Positions 27,010-36,091 of a stretch of DNA of 64,000 nucleotides are shown one piece after another. The stretch is from an uncultured Thermoplasmata archaeon. GTDB taxonomy: Archaea > Thermoplasmatota > Thermoplasmata > Lutacidiplasmatales > UBA184. Position 1 is the stretch's first letter. Every line of letters starts with the position of its first letter. The stretch spans positions 1,239,791-1,303,790 of the forward strand of contig CAVTJV010000007.1 of NCBI GenBank assembly GCA_963735185.1, in the 5' to 3' direction. The notes under the pieces were generated by a model. It worked only from the letters and a program-made list of their open reading frames with translations. It was not told the DNA's origin and did no database searches. Both the position numbers and the translations under genes were made by a program.

Positions 27010-28119
27010 ATGCGCCTCATCCACCGCGACCCTTCCACCGGAGTTCATCGCCTGCGTCTGGAGACGCCGAGCGACCTCTGGCGGATCGCCCGGCTCGTGC
27101 GGCCCGGCGACCTTGTGGGCGCCTCCACGACCCGCCGGGACCCCGAGGCTCCGCCGGACGTCGCGGGAGCGGAGCGCACCCGCCGTCGTGTCTATCTGGT
27201 CGTGCGCGCGGAGCAGGTGGAGTTCCACGGGTTTTCGAAGCACGTCCGCATCACCGGCCCGATCGTCGAGGGTCCGTTCGACCTCGGCCGTCATCACACG
27301 CTCGACCTCGCCGAGGGCGACGAACTCTCGGTGGCGAAATCGAGCTGGACGACCGGCGACCGGACGATCCTCGAGGAAGGCCTCGACCGCAAGGGCGACC
27401 CGACGATCCTCGTCGCCGCCGTGGACTGGGGGGATTCCTCGCTCGTGCGGTTGCGGGGCCGGTCGGTCGAACCGGTGGTGGACCTGCGTCGGACCATCGC
27501 CGGGAAGCGCTACGAGGGAGGCCAGGCGGAGAAAGACCGCAGCTCCTACGTGGCGGAGCTCGTGATGCTGCTGCGGCGCGAGGGAGCGGAGGCGAACGCG
27601 GTCGTGATCGCCGGCCCGGGATTCCTCAAGGAGGAGCTCGCGGGTCGTCTCACCGAGGAGGACCCCGCCCTCGCGCGTAAGATGCGGGTCTACCCGACGG
27701 CCGAGTCCGGCCGGGTGGGCGTCGACGAGCTCCTCAAGAGCGGACGCGCGACCGAGGTCCTGCGGGGGAGCGTCGCGGCGGAGGAGGCCGAGGTCGTCGA
27801 ACGGCTCGTCCGTGCCCTCGCCGGAGGGGTCCGAGCCGCCGTGGGACCAGTCGAGGTCGCGGAGGCGGTCGAAGTCGGGGCCACCGAGACGATCCTCGTC
27901 TCGGAGTCCCTACTTCCCGACCCGACCATCGCCGTCACGCTCGACCGGGCCCGGGACGCCCGAGTGCGGCTGTTCGTGGTCCGGGACGACGGAGAGGCCG
28001 GCCACAAGCTCACGGCCCTCGGAAGGATCGGCGCGCTGTTGCGCTACGACTGGACGAGCCCGTCGAGGCTCACGGGATCGCCTGGATCGCCTCGCGGAGC
28101 TCCTCGAACCGGCGCTTGA
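27010..28119 (+). CDS. pelA: Pelota (aPelota/Dom34) ribosome rescue factor
   Basis: MRLIHRDPSTGVHRLRLETPSDLWRIARLVRPGDLV..., a central eRF1-like domain, and the C-terminal GGIGALLRY-type ending. The ATG at 27010 was chosen inside the longer track ORF. Confidence 0.85.
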   Translation: MRLIHRDPSTGVHRLRLETPSDLWRIARLVRPGDLVGASTTRRDPEAPPDVAGAERTRRRVYLVVRAEQVEFHGFSKHVRITGPIVEGPFDLGRHHTLDLAEGDELSVAKSSWTTGDRTILEEGLDRKGDPTILVAAVDWGDSSLVRLRGRSVEPVVDLRRTIAGKRYEGGQAEKDRSSYVAELVMLLRREGAEANAVVIAGPGFLKEELAGRLTEEDPALARKMRVYPTAESGRVGVDELLKSGRATEVLRGSVAAEEAEVVERLVRALAGGVRAAVGPVEVAEAVEVGATETILVSESLLPDPTIAVTLDRARDARVRLFVVRDDGEAGHKLTALGRIGALLRYDWTSPSRLTGSPGSPRGAPRTGA

Positions 28120-28915
28120 GGTCCTTGAGCGAGAAGCGGAGCGCCTCGCGTGCGGTCAGCGACCCGTCGGTCTCGAACCGCAGGAAGAAGTCCTCCTCGT
28201 CGGCCGTGACCTTGATCGAGCCGTGCTCGCAGACCTCCTCGCACGCCTTGCAGAAGATGCACTTCGGTTCGTCCGTGACCGAGAGCTTCCCGCCGGCGAA
28301 CTCGAGGATCTTGACGGGGCACGACGCGGCCGTGCGCTTCAGACAGGCGTCAGAGCACCCTTCCTTCTTCGCGATCTTGACGTGCGGGCGCGGGTACATC
28401 CCGACCCCATGGGCGACCTGCCACTTCGCGTGCTCGCGCGCGGTCCCGACGACCGCCGTCATGTAGGCGAGCAGCGCCTGCCGGGCCCCCAGGCGCACGA
28501 TCGGAACGTCGGGCTCGAGGATGGCGAGGGTGCTGTCCCCGAGCGGGACGACGTCCTTCGCGTAGACGGTGCACGGTCCTTTCTTGTCGACGGAGAACAT
28601 CACCTGGCAGTGGACGCACCCAGCGCCGCCGCACTCGCATTCGGACTTGCGCCGGAACTGGGAGAGGTCCGTCGGGATCGGGAGCAGGCCGAGGCGCAGC
28701 GCGACCGCCTCGTCGAACATGCTGGTCGAGGAGTCGTAGTCCTTGTTCGTCGCCTCGTCCCGGATCGGGCCGAGGTGGAACTCGACGTCCTCGATGGCGA
28801 GCTTCGGCACGTCCGAGAGGAGCGTGCGCCGGATCGCGTTCACCTGGGAGGCGGTCATCCCCTCGACCTCGAGCGCGGTCGAGCGGGGCTTCAGTTCCTG
28901 GACCGTGATCGCCAT
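28070..28915 (-). CDS. rpoD: DNA-directed RNA polymerase subunit D (Rpo3) with ferredoxin-like Fe-S domain
   Basis: Evidence includes ...NAIRRTLLSDVPKLAIEDVEF... and the Cys-rich insert CSDACLKRTAASCP...CIFCKACEEVC. Its position after S13-S4-S11 is the conserved archaeal order. Confidence 0.85.
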   Translation of the reverse strand: MAITVQELKPRSTALEVEGMTASQVNAIRRTLLSDVPKLAIEDVEFHLGPIRDEATNKDYDSSTSMFDEAVALRLGLLPIPTDLSQFRRKSECECGGAGCVHCQVMFSVDKKGPCTVYAKDVVPLGDSTLAILEPDVPIVRLGARQALLAYMTAVVGTAREHAKWQVAHGVGMYPRPHVKIAKKEGCSDACLKRTAASCPVKILEFAGGKLSVTDEPKCIFCKACEEVCEHGSIKVTADEEDFFLRFETDGSLTAREALRFSLKDLKRRFEELREAIQAIP

Positions 28916-28918
28916 CGA

Positions 28919-29302
28919 CTACACCCGCCGTCCGCGGCGGCCCCCCTTCGGCTTCGTGCCGTCGTGCGGGACCGGCGTGACGTCCTCGATCCGCTGGATC
29001 CGGACCCCGGCCCGTGCCAGGGCTCGGATGGCGGCCTGAGCCCCGGGCCCGGGAGACCGGGAAAGGTTCCCACCGGGCGCGCGGACTCGGACATGGAGCG
29101 TGTCGTACCCCTTTTCCTTGATGACGGCGGCGATCTGGTCGGCCGCCTTCATCGCCGCGTAGGGGCTCGATTCGTCCCGCGCGGCCTTGACGACCATCCC
29201 GCCGGTCGCCTTCGCTAGGGTCTCGGCGCCGGTGATGTCGGTGACGGTGATGTGGATGTTGTTGTAGCTCGCGAAGATGTGCGCGATGCCGATCTTCGCC
29301 AT
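28919..29302 (-). CDS. rps11: 30S ribosomal protein S11 (uS11)
   Basis: [26 protein letters not shown]...VRVRAPGG...[15 protein letters not shown] are signature uS11 strings. Confidence 0.9.
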   Translation of the reverse strand: MAKIGIAHIFASYNNIHITVTDITGAETLAKATGGMVVKAARDESSPYAAMKAADQIAAVIKEKGYDTLHVRVRAPGGNLSRSPGPGAQAAIRALARAGVRIQRIEDVTPVPHDGTKPKGGRRGRRV

Positions 29303-29305
29303 GGC

Positions 29306-29902
29306 CTACACGCCCTCCGTGGGAGGCTCGGGAGCAGGCGGAGGCGTCGGGGCCGTGCGGGCCTGCAGCCGCTCCCGGAGCGCGACCCGGACCATGTGGT
29401 CGTCGTTCGCGAGAGGGCTGGTGGGGCAGTAGGTGATCAGCGGCTCCTCGGCCGACGGGACCAGGTAGCCGGGGCGCGTGACGCGATGGTCGCCGATCGA
29501 CATGTGGCCGTGCGAGATCCACTGCCGGGCCCCGTTGGCCGTCGGAGCGAGCCCGCGGTGGAAGACGATCCACTCGAAGCGGCGCTGGAGGAGGTCCTCG
29601 GTCGTGAGCGCGAGGACGTCGTCGATCGTGGGAGTGCCGACGGGCAGGAGCCCGAGGCGGGTCAGCCGGCCGATGAGCTGGTCGGTCTCGCGACGGGCCT
29701 GTGGTTCACCGGCCCGCAACCGGGCCTGGAGGTCCCGCGCCTGTCCGCGGAACCCGCGAAGGATCGACTGGGCCTTCCAGAGCTCCCGCTTGTTCTTGAG
29801 GCCGTACTTCGTGAGCAGCTTCCGCTCCTCCTCCATCCGGGCCGCCTCCCACGGATGCTTCGGAGTGTCGTAGGTGCGTCGCAGGAACTTCGGGTCGCCC
29901 AT
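29306..29902 (-). CDS. rps4: 30S ribosomal protein S4 (uS4)
   Basis: MGDPKFLRRTYDTPKHPWEAARMEEERKLLTKYGLKNKRELWK is the archaeal uS4 N-terminus. An S4 RNA-binding domain follows. Confidence 0.9.
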   Translation of the reverse strand: MGDPKFLRRTYDTPKHPWEAARMEEERKLLTKYGLKNKRELWKAQSILRGFRGQARDLQARLRAGEPQARRETDQLIGRLTRLGLLPVGTPTIDDVLALTTEDLLQRRFEWIVFHRGLAPTANGARQWISHGHMSIGDHRVTRPGYLVPSAEEPLITYCPTSPLANDDHMVRVALRERLQARTAPTPPPAPEPPTEGV

Positions 29903-29912
29903 CGTCGATCCC

Positions 29913-30650
29913 TCACACCTTCTTCGGGGCGGCGGGCGCGGCCGGGGCAGCGACTGGAGCCGCGGCTGCCGGGGCCTCTTCCTTGCCCGCGGCGGCGGCC
30001 GCTTCCTTCGCGGCCTTCTTGAGCACGCCCGCGGCCATGCCCGTCCGGCCGTTGGACCGGGTCCGCTGTCCGCGGACCTTCTGGCCCCGCTCGTGGCGGA
30101 CGCCGCGGTAGCTCCGGATCATCTTCATCACGTTGATGTCGTCCCGCCGTCGGGTCTCGAGGTCGGGGCCGAAGAGGTGGGGCGACTCTCCCGCAAGTGG
30201 CTCGTTCGGGTGGTTGACCATCCACGGGGGCAGCTTCGTGGCGAGGGACCCCAGGGCAGTCTCGAGGCCCTCCACCGTCGGCTCGGGCAGGTTCCCGATC
30301 ATCTCGCTCGCGTTGACCTCGGCGAGGCGGCAGGCGACCTCGGCGATCCGAAGACCCACGCCTCGGACGCCGGTGAGGGCGAGGGCCGTCGGGCGGGTGC
30401 CGTCCAGGTCGGTGTTGGCGATACGGACGATGTAGCGAAAGTTCGGGTTGTCGGGGATGATCTTGGTGGTCTTCCCCGGGGCGCCGGGCTTGGACTTGCC
30501 CTTCGATTCCTTGGCGTCCTTCGCCTCCTTCCCCTTGCCGGGCTTCTCCTTTCGACCCGCCTTCTCGGGAGCGGGCTCATGCCCGGCGTCCGCGGCGGTC
30601 GCGGCTGGTTCGGCCGGGGCTTCCTTCGGTTCCTTAGGCGCGGCAGTCAC
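29913..30650 (-). CDS. rps13: 30S ribosomal protein S13 (uS13) with about 60-aa K/E/A/P-rich N-terminal extension and Ala/Lys-rich C-terminal tail
   Basis: The core FRYIVRIANTDLDGTRPTALALTGVRGVGLRIAEV...RGQRTRSNGR is uS13. The only in-frame start codon upstream of the conserved FRYIV is the GTG at 30650, so the extension is forced by the sequence. Confidence 0.85.
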   Translation of the reverse strand: MTAAPKEPKEAPAEPAATAADAGHEPAPEKAGRKEKPGKGKEAKDAKESKGKSKPGAPGKTTKIIPDNPNFRYIVRIANTDLDGTRPTALALTGVRGVGLRIAEVACRLAEVNASEMIGNLPEPTVEGLETALGSLATKLPPWMVNHPNEPLAGESPHLFGPDLETRRRDDINVMKMIRSYRGVRHERGQKVRGQRTRSNGRTGMAAGVLKKAAKEAAAAAGKEEAPAAAAPVAAPAAPAAPKKV

Positions 30651-30784
30651 TCCCCTAGGGGTGGAGCCTCACCGGATGGGGGCGAACGGTCGGACGGATG
30701 CCGGGTTCGACCCCCTCCATCGAGGGCGCGGCCGCCGAGAAAGCCGTGCCTCTTAACGGCTTCGGCCGACGAAACGGCGGCGAC

Positions 30785-31447
30785 CTACGTTGCGCGGCCG
30801 CGCCGTTCCTCGAGTCGCTCGGTCCGCGCGCGCCGCGCTTCCAGCACGCGGTACCCGGACCCCCGACCGAGGACGGAGACCGTTCCGGGCCAGTGCGCTT
30901 CGAGCCACTCCTGGTAGAATCGGATCCCTTGGCTTCCCTTCCCGACCAGGACGAGGCGTCCGTCGGGAGCGAGGTAGGCGGGGGCCTCCGAGAGGATCCG
31001 GAGGACGAGCGGACGCCCCGCGTGGAACGGAGGGTTGGTCGCGATGACGTCGAACGTCTCGCCGGCGACCGGTGCATACAGGGACCCGACCCGAACCTCG
31101 GCGTTCGGGACGCGATTCCGCTCGATATTCCCTCGGGCGAGCCGCGCCGCCCTCCGGTTCACGTCCGTGAGCACGGCCCGGCCTTCTGGAGCGGATTTCG
31201 CGGCCGCGATGCCGATCGCCCCCCATCCACAGCCGAGGTCGAGGACCCGGTCCCTAGGACGGAGGGTGAGGTTCTCGATGAGCAACGCAGTCCCGGGGTC
31301 GAGCCCGTGCGAGGCGAAGATGCCGGCATCGACGACGAACGTGAGCAGCTCTCCTTGGAAGAGGAACCGACGCTCCGACCGGTCCGAGCGCGCGCGCGGC
31401 TGCTCGGCGAAGTACTGGTCCGTGACCGGCTCCTCTTCGTCCGGCAT
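30785..31447 (-). CDS. Class I SAM-dependent methyltransferase (RsmC/RsmD-like small-domain type)
   Basis: SAM motif I is VLDLGCGWGAIGIAAA. The substrate motif is IATNPPFHAG. The start is set at the internal ATG (MPDEEEPV) just below the dnaJ stop. The ORF is open to 31477. Confidence 0.7.
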   Translation of the reverse strand: MPDEEEPVTDQYFAEQPRARSDRSERRFLFQGELLTFVVDAGIFASHGLDPGTALLIENLTLRPRDRVLDLGCGWGAIGIAAAKSAPEGRAVLTDVNRRAARLARGNIERNRVPNAEVRVGSLYAPVAGETFDVIATNPPFHAGRPLVLRILSEAPAYLAPDGRLVLVGKGSQGIRFYQEWLEAHWPGTVSVLGRGSGYRVLEARRARTERLEERRGRAT

Positions 31448-31449
31448 GG

Positions 31450-32604
31450 TCAGGTCGAGCGCCGACGGAACGACCACTCCCGCTTCCCGGTCGAGGGGGC
31501 CCCGGCCCCCAGCGCCTCCCGCAGCAGTTCCTTCTCTCGGCCGGAGAGCGACCGTGGCAGCTCCACGTGGGCCGTCACGATCTGGTCACCGCGCGACGAA
31601 CCGCGGAACCGAGGGAACCCGCGGCCGCGCAGGCGGAACTGGGTCTCGGGCTGAGTCCCGGCGGGGATCTTGAGGGCCGCCCGGCCCTCCAAGGTCGCGA
31701 CCTCGACCTCGCCGCCCAGGAGGGCTACCGACAACGGAACGGTCGTCTCCGAGAAGACGTCGGTCCCCTCGCGGTGGAACTCGGACGAGGGCTCGAGGAC
31801 GACCTGCACGAACAGGTCGCCCGGCCTCCCGCCGCTCGCGCCGGGGGCTCCGTGCCCGGGGACGCGGAGAACGGAGCCGTCATCGACCCCGGGCGGGACC
31901 GTGAGCTCGATTCGCTCGACGGAGGTCGCCCTCCCGTTCCCTCCGCACTTGGGGCACTTCTCGAGGACCCGCTGGCCGAGGCCGTGGCATCGCGGGCACT
32001 CGGCGATCGTGATGAGCTGAGTGTAGCCGCGGTTCTGGACGCGGCGGACCTGCCCCTCGCCGCGGCACTCCGGGCAGGTCTCGAGGGCCGTGCCGTTCCG
32101 GGCCCCCGTCCCACGGCAGTCGGGACACGGTCCGGTGTGCGGCACCTCGACCGTGGGGTGGGCGCCCTGAACGGCGGCGAGAAGCGGGAGGCGGATGGTG
32201 AGCTCGACGTCGCTCCCCCGGTACGCGCCGCCCACCCGGCCTCCGCCGCCGCCTCCGAACGGCATCCCGAAACCGGAGAAGAACTGCTGGAAGAGTGGGG
32301 AGGAGCCGAGCAGGTCCTCGAGGTCTCCCATGTGTGTGAAGTTCTGCCAGTTGAAGCCGCCCGGCCCGAAGTCGGTCTCGACCCCTGCGAAGCCGAGCTG
32401 GTCGTACTTCTGCCGCTTCTCCGGGTCCGCGAGGACCTCGTAGGCCTCCGAGAACTCCTTGAACTTCTCCTCGGCGGCCTTCGGGTTCTCCTTGGCGACG
32501 TCGGGATGGTACTGACGGGCGAGGCGCCGGTACGCCTGCCGGATCTCATCCTCCGTGGCCGTCTTGGGAACGCCGAGGACCTCGTAGTAATCGCGTTTGG
32601 CCAT
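31450..32604 (-). CDS. dnaJ: Molecular chaperone DnaJ (type I, with four CxxCxGxG repeats)
   Basis: The J-domain is MAKRDYYEVLGVPKTATEDEIRQAYRRLARQYHPD. A G/F region follows, then CPDCRGTG, CPECRGEG, CPRCHGLG and CPKCGGNG. Confidence 0.9.
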   Translation of the reverse strand: MAKRDYYEVLGVPKTATEDEIRQAYRRLARQYHPDVAKENPKAAEEKFKEFSEAYEVLADPEKRQKYDQLGFAGVETDFGPGGFNWQNFTHMGDLEDLLGSSPLFQQFFSGFGMPFGGGGGGRVGGAYRGSDVELTIRLPLLAAVQGAHPTVEVPHTGPCPDCRGTGARNGTALETCPECRGEGQVRRVQNRGYTQLITIAECPRCHGLGQRVLEKCPKCGGNGRATSVERIELTVPPGVDDGSVLRVPGHGAPGASGGRPGDLFVQVVLEPSSEFHREGTDVFSETTVPLSVALLGGEVEVATLEGRAALKIPAGTQPETQFRLRGRGFPRFRGSSRGDQIVTAHVELPRSLSGREKELLREALGAGAPSTGKREWSFRRRST

Positions 32605-32636
32605 GAGTTGCTCGCCCGGAGAGAACGGTCCGTCCG

Positions 32637-33428
32637 TTACCGCCGTTTCCTAGGTCGCGCGCTATTAGCCTTTTCAGTCCGAGGCGCGGGCCGCCGAAGC
32701 CAAGCGAGCCGGACGGTCGCGCCGACCCTCACGCCCAGCCGGTCCGTGGCCCGTCCTTCCCCGACCGCGACCTCGACGAGGCCGAAGCTCGAACCGAGAG
32801 CCCCGAGGACACCGGGGCCGAGCGACTCGTAGCTGGTCGCCCAGCGGACCGCGCGGAACCGGCCACGTCCCGTGGCGACCCCGAGTCGGGCGACCTCCGG
32901 GCCAACCCATCGAGACGGTACATTGGTGATGAGGTTCCCGAACCGGTCCACGTGGAGCACTTCGCCGCGAGCCCCGGTCGGGGTGCGCGTGGCATCGGGG
33001 ATCGAGTATGGCCGCAGCTGCGTCACCGGACCCAGCGTCGACGCGCGCGCGCCGCCCGCGAGGAGCGCCGCGGCCGGAGCGAAGAGGTCCCGCCCATCGA
33101 ACGTGGTTCCGACCGGGGGTCTCCGACGGAGCCGCGCGGGGTCGATCCGGTACGCCGCCCGGACCCCCAGCTCCTCGGCGAGCGGAACGAGGATCCCGTT
33201 GTCGGGGCCGACGAGGAGCGGACCGGCCCTCGTCTCGACCGCGACCGGGGCTCGACGACCGCCGACGCCCGGGTCGACGACGGCGACATGGACCGCGAAC
33301 GGCGGGAACCGCCGCGCCATCTCGCGGAGGAGGAACGCCGCCTCTCGCAAACCGTGCGCCGGCAGGTCATGGGCGAGGTCGACGACCTGCGCCGGAGCGA
33401 CGCCGGCCGAGATCAGCACCGCCTTCAT
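32637..33428 (-). CDS. SAM hydroxide adenosyltransferase / SAM hydrolase family (DUF62), as delimited by the first canonical start
   Basis: VAVVDPGVGGRRAPVAV...LLVGPDNGILVPL...GEVLHVDRFGNLITNV are DUF62 hallmarks. The conserved N-terminal strand (RLVTLTSDLGSAYAAQ) is encoded in frame upstream of the ATG but has no start codon. See findings. Confidence 0.75.
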   Translation of the reverse strand: MKAVLISAGVAPAQVVDLAHDLPAHGLREAAFLLREMARRFPPFAVHVAVVDPGVGGRRAPVAVETRAGPLLVGPDNGILVPLAEELGVRAAYRIDPARLRRRPPVGTTFDGRDLFAPAAALLAGGARASTLGPVTQLRPYSIPDATRTPTGARGEVLHVDRFGNLITNVPSRWVGPEVARLGVATGRGRFRAVRWATSYESLGPGVLGALGSSFGLVEVAVGEGRATDRLGVRVGATVRLAWLRRPAPRTEKANSARPRKRR

Positions 33429-33533
33429 CTGGGCGGCGTACGCCGACCCGAGGTCGCTCGTGAGCGTGACGAGCCGGCCGCGTGCGACCTCGGCCGACGC
33501 GCCAAGGAGCCCCGAAGGAGCGGAGCGAGCCGT

Positions 33534-33866
33534 CTACGACTTCATGATCGCGACCAGGAAGATCCCGATAGCGACCAGCGCTCCGATGACGGCGGCGACG
33601 ATCACGAGGAGCGCCTGCTCGATGAGCGGCCCGAGGCCTCCCTGGTTCGACCCGAAGTCCCCGGCGTGGTAGAGCCACGCGACCAGAACGCCCACGACGA
33701 GCCCGACCACGAGGAGCGCGACCCCGATGGTCCGGCTCTTTCCGCTTCCGAAGTAGGCCGTGAAGATCCCGGCCAGGATGAGGAAGAGCGCGAAGACGAG
33801 CAGCAGCACGACGACGAACGCGTTCCACTTGGTGAAATCCACCGCTGAAGCCAACAGGTCGAACAT
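33534..33866 (-). CDS. Small membrane protein (3 TM), hypothetical
   Basis: Helices are WNAFVVVLLLVFALFLILAGIF, IGVALLVVGLVVGVLVAWL and ALLVIVAAVIGALVAIGIFLVAI. It lies 10 nt downstream of the Lrp-like gene. Confidence 0.55.
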   Translation of the reverse strand: MFDLLASAVDFTKWNAFVVVLLLVFALFLILAGIFTAYFGSGKSRTIGVALLVVGLVVGVLVAWLYHAGDFGSNQGGLGPLIEQALLVIVAAVIGALVAIGIFLVAIMKS

Positions 33867-33876
33867 GGTTCCTCCT

Positions 33877-34110
33877 TCAGAATTTGATGCCCGTCAGAGT
33901 CTTGGTGTCGATCACGCCCGGGACCGACCGGATCTTGTCGACCACCAGCTGGCCCAGCGCGTTGAAGTCCTCGGCCTCGACCTTGGCGATGAGGTCGTAT
34001 TCGCCGAAGAGCGGATGCAGCTCGACGATTCCCTTGACGCGAAGGAGCTCAGTGTAGACCTCGTGCTCCTTGGCCGGCGCGGTACTGATTAGGACGAATC
34101 CTATCGCCAC
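33877..34110 (-). CDS. Stand-alone Lrp/AsnC ligand-binding (RAM) domain protein
   Basis: AIGFVLISTAPAKEHEVYTELLRVKGIVELHPLFGEYDLIAKVEAEDFNALGQLVVDKIRSVPGVIDTKTL matches the AsnC_trans_reg fold. GTG 34110 was chosen as the start because GGAGG lies 9 nt upstream. The track ORF extends to 34218. Confidence 0.65.
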   Translation of the reverse strand: MAIGFVLISTAPAKEHEVYTELLRVKGIVELHPLFGEYDLIAKVEAEDFNALGQLVVDKIRSVPGVIDTKTLTGIKF

Positions 34111-34266
34111 GCGGAAACTCCTCCGAGAGGCGGCGAGATAGTCCCCAGCTAATAAGCGTGTCGAGGAGGCGGAGACCGCGCCTCCTCGAAGAACCGGCCC
34201 ACTGACCCCCGTCGCCACTCGAAAGACGGCCGCTTAAGTAAGCGCCGTGTAGCCCCGGATTCGGAG

Positions 34267-35673
34267 ATGGCCCTTTCGCTGCGTACCTGGCCGAGTCGCC
34301 TGCTCGCCCGGCCGTGGCTCCTCGCGTTCGTTCCGATCAACGCCGCGACGGCCGGCTTCGGCGTCGTCCTTCCCTTACTGATCCTCATCACGCTGCACGG
34401 CTCGTGGGCTGACGTCGCGGTGGCGGCGACCCTGTTCAACAGCGCGGTCATCCTGATGTCGGTGGTCTGGGGCCACCTCTCGGACCGGTACCCGGTCCGG
34501 CGGACCTTCCTGGTCATCAACTTCGCCGGGTACGGAATCCTCTATGCCCTCCTCTCGGGAGTGCATTCGATCCCGGAGCTCTACGTGGTCTACGCGGTCA
34601 TCGGCGCGATCGCTCCCGCCGGGGCGAGCGCGTCCAACCTCCTGATCCTCGAGAAGTTTGACGACCGCGAGCGCCCGAACGCGTTCGCTTCGTTCCAGGA
34701 GATGAGCATGATCGGCTCGATCCTCGGGGTCCTGGTCGGGTACTTCTGGACGCTCGCGTCCGCGGCCCTCCTCAACCTGCTCCTACTGCTCGCCGCTCTC
34801 GCGTTCGTCAGCGCGGTCGCGATCTGGTTCGGGATCCGGGAGAGCCCGTCCAAGGCGAAACCGACCCAGGTCGCCCATCAACCCGAGAGCCTCCTATCGC
34901 GAGTCCGAACCGTGACCTCGTTCCGCATCCCGTTCCCGTTCTTCCCGACCCGCCCGTCCCTCGGACCCGGCGTCTGGACCCGGCTGCGGCGATGGGCCCG
35001 GGCCGAGCTCCACCACGAGTTCCCTCTCATCATGATCGCCTCGTTCCTGTTCAACCTCTCCGGGAACCTGTTCAACATCTCCTACACGCCGTACCTGTAC
35101 TCGGCCGGTCTCGCGGCCTCGTCGATCTTCCTCGTGAACGTCTCCAACAACTTCGCCCAGACGCTCGTCTTTCCGTTCACGGGAGGGCTTTCGACGCGGG
35201 CCGGCCCCGACCGTCTCGTCCAACGGGCCTCGTACCTCCGAAGCCTGGGGTACCTCGCCACGGCCGGGTTCACGTTCGTCGCGTTCAGTGAACCGGCGGC
35301 GTTCGAAGCGAACCTGGTGATCTACGGGGTCCTCGGGGCCGCCATCGCCGTCTACACGACCGCGAGCTCGCTCATCCTCTTCCGGAGCCTCGTCGGAAGG
35401 GACGCGGGAAGCCTCATCGGAGTGAACACCGCGCTCGGCGGCGTCGCCGCGGTCGGGGGCGCCGCCCTCTCGGGGATCCTCTCCCTCGTCGGGAGCTTCC
35501 GCCTGGTCTTCCTCGTCTCGGGCGGTCTGCTCCTCGTGTCGCTCCCGCTCTGGACCGCGGCGTCGGTCGCCTACACCCGACGCAAGTACGGGCCAACGCG
35601 AGGCGGCCGTGGGCCGCTCGACAAGCCCCTTAGGCCCGCGGTCGACGCGGGCGCCGTCGCGAAGGCGCCCTGA
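34267..35673 (+). CDS. MFS transporter
   Basis: It has 12-14 predicted TM helices and the GHLSDRYPVRR loop motif after TM2. Confidence 0.75.
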   Translation: MALSLRTWPSRLLARPWLLAFVPINAATAGFGVVLPLLILITLHGSWADVAVAATLFNSAVILMSVVWGHLSDRYPVRRTFLVINFAGYGILYALLSGVHSIPELYVVYAVIGAIAPAGASASNLLILEKFDDRERPNAFASFQEMSMIGSILGVLVGYFWTLASAALLNLLLLLAALAFVSAVAIWFGIRESPSKAKPTQVAHQPESLLSRVRTVTSFRIPFPFFPTRPSLGPGVWTRLRRWARAELHHEFPLIMIASFLFNLSGNLFNISYTPYLYSAGLAASSIFLVNVSNNFAQTLVFPFTGGLSTRAGPDRLVQRASYLRSLGYLATAGFTFVAFSEPAAFEANLVIYGVLGAAIAVYTTASSLILFRSLVGRDAGSLIGVNTALGGVAAVGGAALSGILSLVGSFRLVFLVSGGLLLVSLPLWTAASVAYTRRKYGPTRGGRGPLDKPLRPAVDAGAVAKAP

Positions 35674-36091
35674 CGGGTCGGGTCGGCAGCGTCCTCCCGG
35701 CGGGGCGGCGCTCCGGGTCGTTCATTCGGACGACCTTCATCAGGGGGTATCGCAGGTCGGGCCGGTGCTGGAGGCGTGCCTCCACCGCGGTCGGTCCGTC
35801 GACGAGCTGGACGCTCACGTCCAGCATCTCGGGGATGAGGTAGCGGTACGCGAACCTCCCACGGCCGAGCGGCCCGCCCCGCTTCGGATGGATCCCCACG
35901 GAGACCCGGCGCACGAACGGCTGTAGCCCCACCGCCGCCTCGATCGCCCGTGCGAGGGAGGTTGCCGTCCGCTCCGATACCGGGATCCCGAGGTACTGAT
36001 GGAAGACCCCTCCGAGCTTGATCCCGGCTTCGAAGAGGAGCGTTTCCCGTCGCGACAGCCGGGGTGCGGTCTCGGAACGTGAGGGTGTCAT
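35630..36091 (-). CDS. Putative archaeal dihydroneopterin aldolase MptD-family protein (tentative)
   Basis: The core ETLLFEAGIKLGGVFHQYLGIPVSERTATSLARAIEAAVGLQPFV resembles my recollection of archaeal MptD/DHNA-family proteins. The ATG overlaps the stop of the upstream gene (ATGA). The basic tail overlaps the convergent MFS gene. Confidence 0.45.
   Translation of the reverse strand: MTPSRSETAPRLSRRETLLFEAGIKLGGVFHQYLGIPVSERTATSLARAIEAAVGLQPFVRRVSVGIHPKRGGPLGRGRFAYRYLIPEMLDVSVQLVDGPTAVEARLQHRPDLRYPLMKVVRMNDPERRPAGRTLPTRPVRAPSRRRPRRPRA

Noticed and set aside
25486-27297. 603-aa minus-strand ORF
   Set aside because: It is an alternative frame over the MFS transporter and antisense to pelota. 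The text is Arg/Pro/Gly-rich with no domain signatures.
30660-30721. tRNA-like element upstream of rps13 (GGTTCGA T-loop-like motif plus a 7-bp acceptor-like pairing GGTGGAG/CTCCATC)
   Set aside because: It is only 62 nt long. No D-arm or anticodon arm can be drawn, and the stem next to the T-loop motif does not pair. The resemblance is probably fortuitous.
33534-33536. In-frame TAG between the membrane ORF and DUF62 as a pyrrolysine codon
   Set aside because: TAG terminates many well-conserved genes in this window at their expected ends (kdpA, usp, dphB, uvrC and others). No pyl genes or methylamine methyltransferases are present. General TAG recoding is therefore not supported. Local read-through remains only a possibility, as noted in the findings.
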